Positions 62,946 to 64,000 of a stretch of 64,000 nt of DNA are shown here, one piece after another. Position 1 is the stretch's first letter. Each line of letters begins with the position of its first letter. The DNA comes from Candidatus Bathyarchaeota archaeon (GTDB lineage Archaea; Thermoproteota; Bathyarchaeia; Bathyarchaeales; Bathycorpusculaceae): positions 9,110 to 73,109 of the forward strand of contig CAVYXJ010000021.1 in NCBI GenBank assembly GCA_963772455.1, given 5' to 3'. The notes below the pieces were generated by a model. The model was not told where the DNA came from. It worked only from the letters and a program-made list of their open reading frames with translations, and ran no database searches. The translations under genes were made by a program, and so were the position numbers.

Positions 62946-63317
62946 ATGACTTTGGAATATTCGAATGTGGTTCAAAATAATAAGCCAGAAAAGTTTGACT
63001 TAACAATTTACGAAATGCAAGCTGAAATATCAAAAACTATGGCGCACCCTATCAGGTTAGCTATTCTACATTGCCTAAAAACCGGCGAAAAAACAGTAAA
63101 CGACCTAGTCGAAACAATCGGAGCCAGCCAATCGAACATATCTCAGCACCTTGCTCAAATGAGGCAGAGGCAGATTGTCAAAACCAGAAAAGTGGGTTCA
63201 ACTGTTTACTACCAGGTCTATAGCACAAAAATTAGCCAAGCCTGCGACATGGTTCGCGAAGTCCTTATTGAACAATTAAGCAGAAGACAAGAAGTAGCAA
63301 AAAATTATTCAACATAA
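62946..63317 (+). CDS. ArsR/SmtB-family regulator
   Basis: AHP.RL.IL, V.DL...SQS.ISQHL, R.G..VYY. Confidence 0.9.
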   Translation: MTLEYSNVVQNNKPEKFDLTIYEMQAEISKTMAHPIRLAILHCLKTGEKTVNDLVETIGASQSNISQHLAQMRQRQIVKTRKVGSTVYYQVYSTKISQACDMVREVLIEQLSRRQEVAKNYST

Positions 63318-63330
63318 GGTGAACTTGAAG

Positions 63331-63495
63331 GTGTTTCCATTTGGTTTTGGATGCGGCTGCGGATCAGGCAGCGAAAGAAGAGAAGCTCCTCGAGAAGAAG
63401 CTAAAGTTGTGATGGTTCCCTGTAAGTACTGTGGAGCCCTCTTTCAGCAAACAGCAACCTTTTGTCCGAATTGTGGAGCAAAGAGGACTGCTTAA
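63331..63495 (+). CDS. Zinc-ribbon microprotein with N-terminal CGC
   Basis: MFPFGFGCGCGSGS...CKYCG...FCPNCGA; GGTGA SD. Confidence 0.7.
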   Translation: MFPFGFGCGCGSGSERREAPREEAKVVMVPCKYCGALFQQTATFCPNCGAKRTA

Positions 63496-63531
63496 CAACT
63501 AAAATATTAACATGGAATAGGAGAATTATCT

Positions 63532-64000
63532 TTGATTAAATTAAAACTCTTTACAGCTCTTCTAACAACGGTATTGTTAGCAACTTTCATACTTCCAGTT
63601 TTGTCCGTAACATATAATCCTGGTGTAATAAACGGGCAATATGTAAAATACGGTAATTTTGTCGGAGTCGGTCCAGGCGCTGAAGCCTTTAAGGATTATG
63701 CCTTTCTAAAGCTGCAGGTTACAGATGTTTCGGGAAAAGCAGTCATTTTGCTTTCAACTAGCCAATACAAAAACGGAACAGGTATTGCAGGCAATGGCAC
63801 TACTTCAGTTTGGAACATTGAAACAGGAACTGAAGACGGCGTTCCAAGTACACAAGGACCGATTATAGCTGCAAACCTAAACCAAGGAGACGCAATTCCA
63901 CCGCCTAACACGTATAGTGTCAATAGAACTGAGAGCCGAACCTACCTTGGCATCAGCCGAACAGTAAATATTCTTGAAGTTTCGCTCTTAACGCCCGATT
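63532..64000 (+). CDS. Secreted hypothetical protein (partial)
   Basis: TTG start after GGAG; signal peptide, YNPGV..GQYVKY; open to window end. Confidence 0.65.
   Translation, partial: MIKLKLFTALLTTVLLATFILPVLSVTYNPGVINGQYVKYGNFVGVGPGAEAFKDYAFLKLQVTDVSGKAVILLSTSQYKNGTGIAGNGTTSVWNIETGTEDGVPSTQGPIIAANLNQGDAIPPPNTYSVNRTESRTYLGISRTVNILEVSLLTPD

Noticed and set aside
1-64000. CRISPR array or diversity-generating retroelement
   Set aside because: No regularly spaced repeats, no reverse transcriptase, and paralog mismatches are not adenine-specific

Overview
AT-rich archaeal chromosomal segment. The archaeal origin is shown by EF-1alpha, TFB, short XPF, archaeal LeuRS and archaeal-type tRNA-Pro and tRNA-His. 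The gene families point to Bathyarchaeia (inference). Housekeeping genes (tuf, leuS, xpf, rnhA, apgM, tfb) are interspersed with accessory genes. About a dozen genes, including essential leuS, carry single-base frameshifts, most likely long-read consensus errors. Highlights: (1) four large paralogous secreted PQQ-like beta-propeller proteins with mosaic 3' ends, two of them in a tandemly duplicated three-gene module (winged-HTH <- 7TM membrane protein <-> beta-propeller) whose second wHTH survives only as an unannotated relic; (2) an intergenic ~128-nt structured element with a canonical bulge-helix-bulge; (3) an intact orphan contractile-injection tube + DUF4255 cap gene pair; (4) a signal peptide + TM-anchored TIR protein; (5) two permease-less NMT1/SsuA-type binding proteins in an operon with a histidine kinase; (6) a decayed integrase directly 5' of tRNA-His; (7) many unannotated microproteins and zinc fingers. 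All calls come from manual motif recognition; no database searches were run.
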